Source of the DNA: the human T2T-CHM13v2.0 reference genome, Homo sapiens
NCBI RefSeq assembly: GCF_009914755.1
Contig: NC_060927.1
Length of the DNA stretch: 64,000 nt
Direction: 5' to 3' (one strand)
This document shows positions 1 to 11,375 of this stretch, one piece after another. The notes under the pieces were generated by a model that was not told the origin of the DNA, searched no databases, and was given only the letters and a program-made list of their open reading frames with translations. The first letter of the stretch is position 1. The number at the start of each line of letters is the position of its first letter. A program made the translations under genes and the position numbers.

Positions 1-258
1 CTATTTATATGAAATGTCCAGAATAGGCTAATCTAGAGAGAGAGAAAGGAGTATTGGTCCCCAGAATATAGGGAGATAGGAGGAGGATGGAGCAAAAGGG
101 TATGGGGTTTCTTTTTGAGGTGACAAAAATGTTCTAAAGTCAATTATGCTAATAGTTTCACTTAGCAGTAACCATACTAAAATTCATTGAATTGTGCACT
201 TCAAATGAATGAATTGTGTGGTATATGAATTATATCGCAATAATGCTGTTCTTAAAAA
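1..258 (+). mobile_element. Old L1M (L1MB-like) 3' end
   Basis: atatgaaatgtccagaataggc...aaaatgttctaaa...gtatatgaattatatc.caataa, typical L1MB 3' UTR. Confidence 0.75.
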
Positions 259-1524
259 CTTTTTGTCAATGATTCCTGGACAAGTGTTTTTCATTTGTCT
301 TTTGGCTATCCCAACATTCTATGTTTCAAATTCTGACTCATCAAGGACTTAAATGCCATGCTCACCAGAGTCTGCCTGTGTTAACTAAACCTTTAAAATC
401 TCAAGACTGCTATCAAATCCTCTTGGCATCAGTCTATTCAGAAGGATGAGGACAGGAATAACAGTTTGCCAGCAGGACAGCATCAGCTGTTCCTTTTTGG
501 TGGTATTCTTGCAGGAGTTCAAGCAGAAGTACAGTTCAGGTAGATAAGGAATACACCTGATTTAGAAACCTTACTTTCCACCAGAGCCAATCCCCACCTC
601 ATAGCTCCAGAGCTAGTTCCATAGTGGAATGTTTCAGTTACAAAGCCCACTGCACTCAGGGAGCTATATCTTCCTTCAAGTATGTATAGTTCTCCTTGTT
701 TAGATGTAATTTGCCAAGTAGAGGTTACACTTACCGTAAGTATGTTGCCTAGGAATGTAGTTGACATGACTACCTTTATCTGTTTCCCAGGGAAAGGGCG
801 AGAAAGTTAATTAAAGGTCAAATGCTCACATTTAGGAGGAAAAGCTTTTGTTAACCCTTCACTGATATAACAACTTAACATACCATAAATCCTTTTAATT
901 ATCCAATCCTTGGTTAAAAATTCCCTTGCTTTCAAAATTCAGAGAAAAATAAATTTTGCCCTAAAATACAGTTTCACGCTATTTCAGGAGCTTAATCAAA
1001 CCACTAAGGACTCATTCACATTTCTATTTGTTAAAAAATTGATTTATACAGCACAGGTACAATGTTAAGCACTGAGGATACAGTGATGAACAAGACAAAA
1101 AAGAGTCCTTCTCACAAGGTCCTAAAATTTATCAGAAGATATGATAGTCGATAGCAACATGGTTTTTAAAATCTTTTGATAGAAGAAATGCCAGGTGATA
1201 ACAATCATTGAAGGGAATGAACATGCACTTGTAGTATAAGGAATATGCATTATTCATATTTAAGAAATAAGTTAAAAATATGACAATACTCAATTGTTCA
1301 CATACATTTAAAATATTTTATTTTTCTTAAGTATAACATTAATACTTACAAATAGAAAATTCATACATTTTTTCAAAATATTTACATACCTGGACTCTAA
1401 AATCATGTGACTTTATGATAATTCCTTTTTTGGGAGAACATTTACTTGTCATCCACATATTTCAATCTTATTGGTAACTCTGAGAGAAGGAACTGCGTTT
1501 CTCAACTCTGCCCCTTCTGTGGTC

Positions 1525-1708
1525 TCCCATCAAGCTACCATTATTGACTTTCTTCACATAACTAGAAAAAACTACTTTAAATTTCATATGGAACCAAGAA
1601 AGAGCCCATATAACCAAGACAATCCTAAGCAAAAAGAACAAAGCTGGAGGCATCACGCTACCTGACTTCAAGCTACACTACAAGGCTACAGTAACCAAAA
1701 CTGCATGG
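1525..1708 (+). mobile_element. Isolated L1PA ORF2 internal fragment
   Basis: cccatcaagctacc...atcctaagcaaaaagaacaaagctggaggcatcacgctacctgacttcaa...acagtaaccaaaac. Confidence 0.9.
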
Positions 1709-3062
1709 AAATTCTACCTCAATTATCTTTTCTTTCATTAATACCACCCACCTTCCCAAGGTTTCTCCTTTTCAGTTAAGAAAATTTCCATTCCAATTAA
1801 GAAAATGTATTTACCATAATCTATTAATAATTTACTTAAACTAACCCCCCTTGTGCATGTCATACTTCACAAATAGAATGCTTTTTGTTTGTTTTCCCTC
1901 ATCTTCTATTCTCTCTAATTAACATTGTCTCTTCTGTCTGATCTTACGTTGCTAAAAGGAAATAGGAATGCCTGATATATTAAGACCTCATTTCTCATCT
2001 GAAAATAACTTTTGTTTCAACCCTTAGTGTTGACAATCTTTCTACATGTAGAAGTAAAATTTTAATCCTTAATAATTGCCTCCACGCATTTATGCCTCAT
2101 TTTTCAGTTAATTAAATATTTAACAGAGGTTGGAAAAGGCAAAGAAACTTGAAGTGTTTTGAATCACTGCCAAGTACAAATCAATCATAAATCAAAGGAA
2201 AGGCCCTTTGAAATTACAACACTAGTCAACATGTAAATATTTGCCTTCAATTTTTCAGAGATCGTAAGTAAAACAAGGTATGCTGATACAAAATGATCCA
2301 TACTGACTAAACTCACAGGACCTACTGGGCTGTTGGATAAAGGCTGAAACAGTTTACAACTATCAAATTTGGCTACACTTTATATTAACCACAAATGACA
2401 GCACAGGTTAAAGAATATAAAGTGTAATCACCGTCAGCCTAGAATACTTGCTTTTTATATAGCAATGCTTAATATTCATCTGTCGGATGTCTTCCCTAAC
2501 TTCTCAAATTAGGAATGGATTCAGCAGTCAACAAAGCCTTATGACTTTAATGGTTAACAATAAAAAACTAAAACCACTACAAGATTGGTTAGTGAGAGCT
2601 AAGAAAAAGAGATATCTGACCAAATGGCCATCAAAGCCAAAGCACAACAACAACAACAAAAACTTTATGCATAGGAAAATGATAAAAACAATAAGACAAA
2701 AAAGCATGTTGACTGAAAAAAGAAGTGAAAGGTTAAACAGAGACTAGAGATAGAAAGAAAATGGCAGAGAGCTACAAGACAATTGATTAAAATCAAGAAA
2801 TGATGACAGAGAATGGGCAAGACCAGAATAAAGGAGAAAAATTAAGTACTAATCAGAATAGTGAATTTCTGAGGGGGAATATATCATCATAAACACTATA
2901 TCAGCTATTTGAGGCCTCTTTCTTATTCTATTTCTTATAATAAAGGTGGTTATTATAACAGGCATGAGTCACTCACACATAGTGAAACTGTTCACTGTGC
3001 TCTATTTACAGGAGGGAGTACGTAGTACAATTTGAAATAGTTTCTTTCAAAAAACATCTATC

Positions 3063-3388
3063 TAATTTATTTATTATTGTATATATTTAAAGTATACAAA
3101 CATGTACATGATGTTTTGGTATGCATGTACATGCACATGACATACATATACATGTAAAATGATAACTACCATTGAGCATATTAACATATCCATCACCTCA
3201 CACAGTTGCTTCTTTTTAGTACTAAAAGCACCTATGTATAAAAAATGGAATATTATTCAGCCTTTAAAAAGAAGATATGTTTAACTATGACAGCATAGAT
3301 AAACCTGGAGGACATTACAGTAAATGAAATAAGCCAGACACAGAAAGAAAAATACTACATGAAACCACATACATGCAGAATCCAAATT
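3063..3388. mobile_element. L1MA-type 3' fragment with an inverted segment (3063-3232 minus, 3233-3388 plus)
   Basis: Minus-strand 3' UTR end abuts plus-strand aatggaatattattcagcc...gaaataagccagacacagaaag. Confidence 0.65.
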
Positions 3389-3989
3389 TTTTTTAAAAAC
3401 TTTTCATTTAAAATTTTTGTTTTATGAATAAAGGGACAAATTCGCTTTAAGAATTAGCTGAACAAAAAAGCTGTCTCCTTCAAAGTACTTTATTCCTTAG
3501 TAATTCCGTTAGGTGAAATAATGTTATAAAAAAGAGAATAACATCATTATAGGTTTAGCTCCCAGCACAGGAAGTCTGTGTATGCTCTTTGCTAAGTGCC
3601 AACCTCACAATTCCACTTCCCTAGTAGACAATACACTTCCTAGGACTCTCCCCAACAGCAGCACCAAGTAGCAACTTTGGTCTCCACAGATGGTGTGGAA
3701 ACATAAAGGAGTAACATGAACAAGGAAGAGACATAGTTCTTTATTGTATTTAACTTTAAATTTATATACATAAAAGAATCCCAATATTTGAAGAAACCTT
3801 TAAAAGAATCATAGTTCCTTGCCAAGCTCTTTGATTTGTGTACATATTATGTAATCCATGTATGCTAACTTTTAGAGATAAATGTATATTCTACAATGAG
3901 ATTTATTAGGAACTTAAATACCATTTTACTATTTGTGGCTTACCAACCTTCCCTCCTCTGCAATCAAAACCAAAGAATGTGATTCTGGC

Positions 3990-4190
3990 AGTATCTTAAG
4001 TGTTCTTACCATGAAAGAAGGAAAGAGAGAAAGAGAGAAAAAGAAGGAAAGATGAAAGAAGGAAGGAAGGAAGGAAGCAAGGGAGGGAGGGAGGAGGGAA
4101 GGAAGGGAGGGAGGGAGGGTGGAAGGGAAGGAAGGAAGGAAGGAAGGAAGGAAGGAAGGAAGGAAGGAAAGAAGAAAGAGAGAAAGAAAG

Positions 4191-4245
<55 letters not shown>

Positions 4246-4535
4246 AAAAGAAAGAAAGAAAAAAAAGAAAAGAAAAGAAGAAGGAGGGAGGGAGAGGAGA
4301 GAGAGAAAGAGAAGAGGGAGAGAGAAAGAGAGAAGGAGAGAAAGAGGAAAGAAAGAAAGAGAGAAGGAAAGAAAGAGAGGAAATTGTGATGTAATGTGAA
4401 GTGATAGAAACATTCATTATGTTGAATTTGGAGACTATTTCAAAATGTGTATCTATATATATGTCAAAACATCAAATTATGCACCTTAATTGTACACATT
4501 TTTTATTTGTCAATTATGGCTCAATAAAGATAGAA
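3990..4535 (+). mobile_element. L1MB-type 3' end interrupted by a GA-rich microsatellite
   Basis: atcttaagtgttcttacca [purine tract] atgtgaagtgatag...tttatttgtcaattatggctcaataaag. Confidence 0.7.
4013..4383 (+). repeat. Compound (GGAA)n/(GAAA)n/(GGGA)n polypurine tract
   Basis: About 370 bp with only three pyrimidines on the plus strand. Confidence 0.98.
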
Positions 4536-4999
4536 AGGGAGTAGAGAGAGTCTGTAGATTGCCATACATGTTCTATGCAAAAGAACTATGTAACCCGAAG
4601 GAAGTTATACAAAAGAAACAGTAAACATACTATATATATATGAAGTGTATATTCGGTAGATATTTTCTCACTAATTTAATCCAATCTACATTTGGAATTT
4701 TACAAATTTCCAACCTACAATGATCACTTTCTTCTGTTAAGATACAGGATACATACACTTTAATAATATTAACAAAACAAAATAATGCTCAACGTTTAGA
4801 AAGCATACTGTATGCCATGTTGTTTTCAGTAATTATTTGACTGGTGTCGTATCTGCATCTGGATCACAATAAGCCATATCACAGCAAAGTCTATCTTTTG
4901 AAATTATGTGGGAGGGAGAGGAGAAGACAGGGAGGGAGAGAGAGCAAGAAGAAGAAAATCAAATTTGGATAAATCTTGAAGCTCAGATACTGAAGAAAT

Positions 5000-5660
5000 G
5001 GAGCCATGTCTCATTGTTCTTTGTATCTCCTACAACAGCTAGCACAGGGCTTAACGTCACTGAGTGATAACTCAGAAAATGTGCTCAATAAATCATTGAA
5101 TGAAAAATTCCTAATATGAACTCATCTGTGATAATTTTGTTACAGTATTTATCTACAAAGTAGAATGCCTTTTGTTAAATTCTATATTATTCATATATTA
5201 ACAATTAGACTCACTTCTGTATCAATTAATTTTCATTTCTTATGACTATCTGATTGTAATACCATGAGAGAGAGAAGTAGCAGGTTGGTTTTTGTTTTTT
5301 TCTCCCTGCATCCTTTCTGCCCAGAAGCGCTAAACATTGAGTGGTCACTCAAAAGTCACTGACTTTGGTGAATATTAGTTAGGTATATTTTACATTTTGT
5401 GGTTATCATTATTTGGGTCATCAGCACCCTTGATGGCTACTGATATTTATTAGCATGTTCAGGTAAACGCAAAGATTGAAATCTACCAGTAATCTTTCTA
5501 AACACAGATCTGATTATCTCTATTCCTTTGCCTACAGATAATATTAAAACCCTTAACTAATTAGGAGTAGGATCCTACCATTATTCATCTCTATAAGGTC
5601 ACAGCCTAGCACATACCCTGCCTTCTAGAAAGTACTCAATAAATATTTGTTGAATAAATT
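5000..5660 (+). mobile_element. L2 3'-end fragments (about 5000-5105 and 5485-5660)
   Basis: ctagcac...gtgctcaataaat...tgaatgaa terminal motif occurs twice. Confidence 0.6.
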
Positions 5661-6305
5661 ACTATAAAATGAATAAAATCTATGACAAAGCAATGCATCA
5701 TTAACTGTAACTAGTGTAATGCCATGTCTATATCTAATTCTATTTATAGTTTAAGTATTAGAATCTTAAAGCCACTTGACAGGGTTTGAGTTTAGGCATT
5801 TCCAAAATCAATGATTATATAAGGATAAACAAAAGGTCCTTATATGTACAGAAGGAAAAATAGAAACCTGAGAGATAAGCGTTCCTAAATAATAATGGGC
5901 AAAGATAAATAAGAACTAATTTTTAAATAAACTTGAAAACATAAGAGATTTATACCTAAAAACTATAGAAATAATATTTAAAATAACCTATGTGTTCATT
6001 TGAAATCACAATAGATAAAATATTTTCTAATTTTTAAGTGTCAAGTTCACAGTCAGAATACATAATCTGAAGACTCTAAGCTGTTTCTGCAACTACGTTA
6101 AAACAGTTTAAATAGTAAAATAGAGTCTAGATTAGTATTCAATAAAATAATTTAAAAATATGCATCAGGATTGTCTGTATATAATAGAATTTTAGAAATT
6201 AGCGTAAATCATCCTGAGTTCTAGATAACTAAAGACATTTTAAATGTCTTTATGTGGAAACATTTTATAAACACACTACAAGTAAATCATTTTAGAAAGC
6301 CATAC

Positions 6306-6401
6306 CTGCAAAAGAGTTGTTCTGTGGAGCTTTAGTGCCCCTTTCTGGTGAACTTTAGCAAAGCATCCTGAACAATAATCTTCTCCACATTCAAGGCATA
6401 C
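6306..6401 (-). CDS. ZBBX: ZBBX coding exon 6 (96 nt, phase 0-0; [32 protein letters not shown]), B-box core
   Basis: Acceptor tctttttag|, donor CAG|GTATGG; CxxC-x4-CxxC-x4-H-x7-H zinc-ligand pattern. Confidence 0.95.
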
Positions 6402-7249
6402 CTAAAAAGATATTTTTTAAAAAATTATACAATCTTATAAAATAGTATGATTTTTAGAAAGTGTTTGCATAAAGATGTCTTGTTTTTTAATATTTATTTC
6501 TCTAATTAAATACCTATATCATCAGAATTGAGAAGCCTGTCCCAGGCTTCTCAACTAGTCCCTTAACTGGGACTAGTTGTCCCAGTTAAGACTTAACTCT
6601 TTGAAGAAAACTAATTCGAAAACACTAATTATTCTCATATCAAAATAAATGTAGTTTTAATGTAGGTTTGGGGTGTATATTTTAGATGCATGGATGTATG
6701 CATAGTTTCTGAATAAACTATAAAACAACCAGTAGCCTCAGGTCAAACTTCTTGACCTGGTAAAAACTAAACAGCATTATCTCTGGGTGAAAACTCCTTC
6801 ATTTGTATGAGTTATTTTATCTTTCTGTATGGATTTACATGACATAATTAGTTTCAAGTGATATGCATACTCTTTGCCCTCCAAAATCCCTATACACTTC
6901 CCTGGAAGGTACTCCTTTACTGGTGGTTCTCAAAGTATGGCTTTAAAATTTTTCTTACAAGCATCTCTAAAGGAAAAAAAAAAGTATAAGAAAAAAATAC
7001 TAGATGGAACTACATTACCATGTCTGTAATGTTAATAACTGATAAAATGATTATGGGCAAGTTTATATTTAACTTCCAAATTATGATGTTTAAAAATGTA
7101 ATTTTAAAATTGTTGGACAAGTTAAATAATGTAAAATACTCGTACCTATGATGGTGCCAAGCAAAACTGAAACTAAAGAGAAAAGGAAATGGAAATTGGA
7201 TGTCAGGTTCAAGATGGATGATTAAATGCAGCTTGGGTGTGCCTTTCTA

Positions 7250-9560
7250 TAGACAGGAGCCAAAGTATCAAGTAGATATTCACATTTCAAATAGATTGCC
7301 TGAGAGAGAACACTGGAATTCAGAAGAGAGATGATGGGAGACACCAAGGGTGAAGAAAAGAGAAACAGGGCTTCCTGCTTGGGGTCACTGGGACCTGGAC
7401 CCAGGGAAGGAGTAAGTGAAGGATTTCCAATGCTCCTCATTCCTACCATGGACCTCTGCAATCCTAACTATGGAGAGATCTAGGAGCCCCATAGGCCTCC
7501 ACACTGGCCTAGAGAGGTGCCTGGATATCACACAGAGGAATGGCTAGAATTCATGTGAAGTCCCATAGGCTTCCAAGTGCTGAGCAGCTGCACTAAGGTG
7601 CCATTCCTGGAGCCCATACCCCAAGGGTCTGAGTCCTGCCCAGAGACCACTGGTGCCCTTCCTGTCTGCAGGGCTGGGGAGCAAGAGGGGAAGCTGGGTG
7701 TTCTCATGCTCTGCCACTACTGATGCATGACCTGGTGCATTCAGATCAAGCACCCCATTCCTGTCAGTCTCTCCCAAAACTGTCTGCTGGCCTTTCCATT
7801 AGAGAATGTTCTGCCCTTCCTGGTTGCTGGCCCACAACATAGCCATCGCTGACCCACCAGTGTTCAGCTGGTGACCTGGGATCAGTCCACCCCTCCTTAT
7901 CACAGCCAGCTAAGGGGGAGGTATATAGCATCAAATGCCTATATCAAAAAGATAGAAAGATCTCAAGGAACATAAAAAAAAGAGAACAAACCAAACCCAA
8001 AGCTAGCAGAAAAAGAGAAATAACAAAGATCAGAGAAGAAATAAATAAAATTGAGCTAAAAAATGTAAAAAATCAACAAAATGAAAAATTGGGTCTTTGA
8101 AAAAATTAATGAAATTGATCGACCACTAGCTAGATTAAGAAAAATGAGAGAGGATTCAAATACGCACAATAAGATATGATAAAGGTGACATTAAAACTGA
8201 TACCATAGAAATACAAAAGATCATCAGAGACTACTATGAGCATCTCCACACACAAACTAGAAAACATATAGAAAATGAATAAATTCCTGGAAACGCACAG
8301 CCTCTCAAGGTTGAAACAGGAAAAAATAGAAATCCAGAACAGACCAATATGAGTAGTGACGTTGTATCAGTAATAAAAATTTTCCCAACAACAAAAAAGC
8401 CAAGATCAGACAGATTCACAGCAAATTCTACCAGTCATAAAAAGAAAAATTGATACCAATACCACTGAAACTATTTCAAAAAAATCAAGGAGGAAATACT
8501 CCCTACTCATTCTAAGAAGCCAGGGTAACCCTGCTACCAAAGCCAGGCAAGGACACAATAAAACTTAAGAGTCCAATACCATTAATAAACATAGATACAA
8601 AAATTCTCAAAAAAAAAAAAAGCTAGCAAATTGAATCCAACAACACATCAAAAAGATACTACTCCATAATCAAGTGGGTTTTATCCAGGGGATGGGGGAT
8701 GTTTCAACATATGCAAACCAATAAATGTGATTTACCACATAAATAGAATAAAAACAAAACTATATCATATCTCATTAGATGCAGAAAAAGCATTTGATAA
8801 CATTCAGCATCACTCCATGATAAAAACCCTCAACGACCTAGGCACAGAAGAAACATTCACAAAATAATAAAAGTCATAAGACAACAAACCCCAGCCAACA
8901 TCTTACTGAACTGGGAAGTGTCTAAAACGTTGCCCCTAACAACTAGAAAAAGACAAGGATGCCTACTTTTACCACTTCTATTCAACATAGTACTGGAATT
9001 CCTAGCCAGAACAATCAGGCAAAAGAAAGAAATAAAAGGCATCCAAATTGGAAAAGAGGAAGTCAAATTATTTATGTTTGCTAATGATGTTATCTTATGC
9101 CTAGAAAACCCTAATGGCTTCTCTGACACACTCATCAATTGATTGGATAAAGAAAATATTGTAAGATATATACCATGGAATACTACTCCACTATGAAAAA
9201 GAATGATTTTACATCTTTTACAGCAACATGAAAGGAACTAGATGGAGGCCATTATCCTAAGTGAAATAACTCATAAACAAGAAGTCAAATACTGCATGTA
9301 TTACTTGTAAGTGGGAGAGCTAAACAATGGGTGTTAACTAAACACATGGACATACAGAGTAGAAAAATAGACACTGGACACTCCATACATTGGAAGGGTG
9401 GGAAAGGGGTAAAGACTGAAAAATTACATAGTGGCTATGATGTTCCCATTCAGATGATGGGTACTAAAAGCCCAGACTTCATCACTACACAATATATCCA
9501 GATAACACAACTTCACTTGTACCAACTAAATCTATAAAAATAAAAATAATAATAATAAAT
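7250..9560 (+). mobile_element. Internally deleted L1 (L1PB4-like): GC-rich 5' UTR, ORF2 segment, 3' UTR and A tail
   Basis: ORF2-like 7910-9120 with RT residues [16 protein letters not shown] and FANDV (degenerate FADD); L1PB-type 3' end aaaagcccagacttca.cactacacaatatatcca. Confidence 0.8.
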
Positions 9561-9569
9561 TATAACAGA

Positions 9570-9770
9570 GCAGTGATATTATATGTTTTATCTCATTTAA
9601 TCCTCACAACAACTCTATAAATTTACAATCACCCTTGTATCTCCATAATGAAGAAGAGATAACAAAAGAACATAATGATGAAGAATTTGTCCAGAGTCAT
9701 ACAAGCTAATAGTGGTGGGGACAGGAATTCAATCCTACCATGTGGCTCAAAGCTTAAACTCTTAACCACA
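9570..9770 (-). mobile_element. MIR
   Basis: atctcatttaatcctcacaacaact...ttgtccagagtcatacaagcta. Confidence 0.7.
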
Positions 9771-9829
9771 ACAAACATTACTAATCTTTAAATTAATCAT
9801 TTACAATAAACTAAAATAGTGATCAGTTA

Positions 9830-10237
9830 CAGACACTCTTCAACTTACAATGTGGCTACTGCCCAATAAACCCATCATAAATTGAAAACATTGTAAGTTG
9901 AAAATATATTTAGTACAAATAACCTACTAAGCATCATAGCTTAGCCTAGCTAACCTTAAATGTGCTCAAAACACTTACATTAGCCTACATTTGAGCAAAA
10001 TCATCTAACACAAACCTATTTTATAATAAATTGTTGAATATCTTGTGTTTTTTTTAACCTTCATGATCACATGGCTGACTATGAGCTTCCTAGCATCGTA
10101 TTTTACCACATATCACTAGCCTGGGAAAATATCAGAATTCGAACTTTGAAGTATGGTTTCTACTGAATACATACTGTTTTTACACATCATAAAGTCAAAA
10201 AATTGTAAGTGAAAAATGGTAAGTCAGGGACCATTTA
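9830..10237 (+). mobile_element. MER47-family (TcMar-Tigger) non-autonomous DNA transposon
   Basis: cttacaatg...aataaacccatc...catcatagcttagcctagc.accttaaa...gtaagtcagggacc; TA at the 5' flank. Confidence 0.8.
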
Positions 10238-11154
10238 TATCGAAAAACCTTGATAAAATCCACAATAAAATAAAATTCAGTATTTAAAAAGAATGCATGG
10301 TCTGGTATGTATCAAAATCCAAATGTATGTTTTTCAAGTGTGATTAGCTAAAAGATGATGGAATTTTTACTTAATCTGAAGAAAAACAAACACTATCCCT
10401 AGCATAGAAACTAGTCCCCTCTTTCCATTCTTGTTTCATGAGCTTCATTCTTCTAGAGAAATGATAAAAACATTATCCTAAATCCGTAATTTTAAGTGTA
10501 AAATAAACTTTAAAACTATAATTTTATATAAATACATGGTTATATCATTATATTAATATGGATTTCAAAATATATTCTGCATAATTTTTATTTAATATAA
10601 CTTGCTAATTTTAAGTGAATTTTTCCTAAACATTTGGCACTGTTTTTACACTATAATGCAGAAAACTGAAAATGAGTTTCAGCATATAATTCTAAGCCAA
10701 GTGTCTGTTAACAACATACTTTTAGTAAAAGTAGCCAAACGAATATTTGTAGACTGGAAGATCAATGCTGGACTTGCAGAGTAAGCTTATATATTTTGTT
10801 ATACAAGGATATTTGGATTAAAATTGAGTTAAAATGACCTCCAATTGGAAAATCTTTTTAGGCAGTTTGTACAACTGGCAGAAACATGCTAAAAATGTAA
10901 ATAAGGACTCCTTCCCACCACAGATGCTTCCTCAATGATGGAATATCCAACTGCAGTTTTAACAAATATCTTGTTAATTTGATGAATGCCAGATCAGTTG
11001 TGCTAAGCTTCAGAATCCATTTGAGTTTAATTAAATTATTCACATTTGCCAAATTAATATATAAGAAAAGTGGAACTTTTGGGCTTCGTCTTTGCCATCA
11101 ATATATGTAAATGGATAGGTCATTTAAAAATTTGCCAACAACAAAACACACTGT

Positions 11155-11375
11155 TTATTGTCTTCCGTCTATGTGCTGGACACAATGCTAAATATTTTAC
11201 ATGTATTAACTCATTACGTGTGATAACTTTGAGGTACAGATTACTGTTATCCGTAGTAACCTATTTCACAAATGAGGAAACAGAGATAAAGAGGGATTAA
11301 GTCATTTGCTGAAGGTCACATAGCTAATAACAGGTAAAGTTGAGTTTCAAACTCCCAAAACACAAGCCCTTAACT
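11155..11375 (-). mobile_element. MIR
   Basis: Core caaatgaggaaacagag...aagtcatttgctgaaggtcacatagcta. Confidence 0.75.

Noticed and set aside
3929-4417. Four overlapping ORFs of 91-162 aa
   Set aside because: They are translations of a stop-free GA microsatellite.
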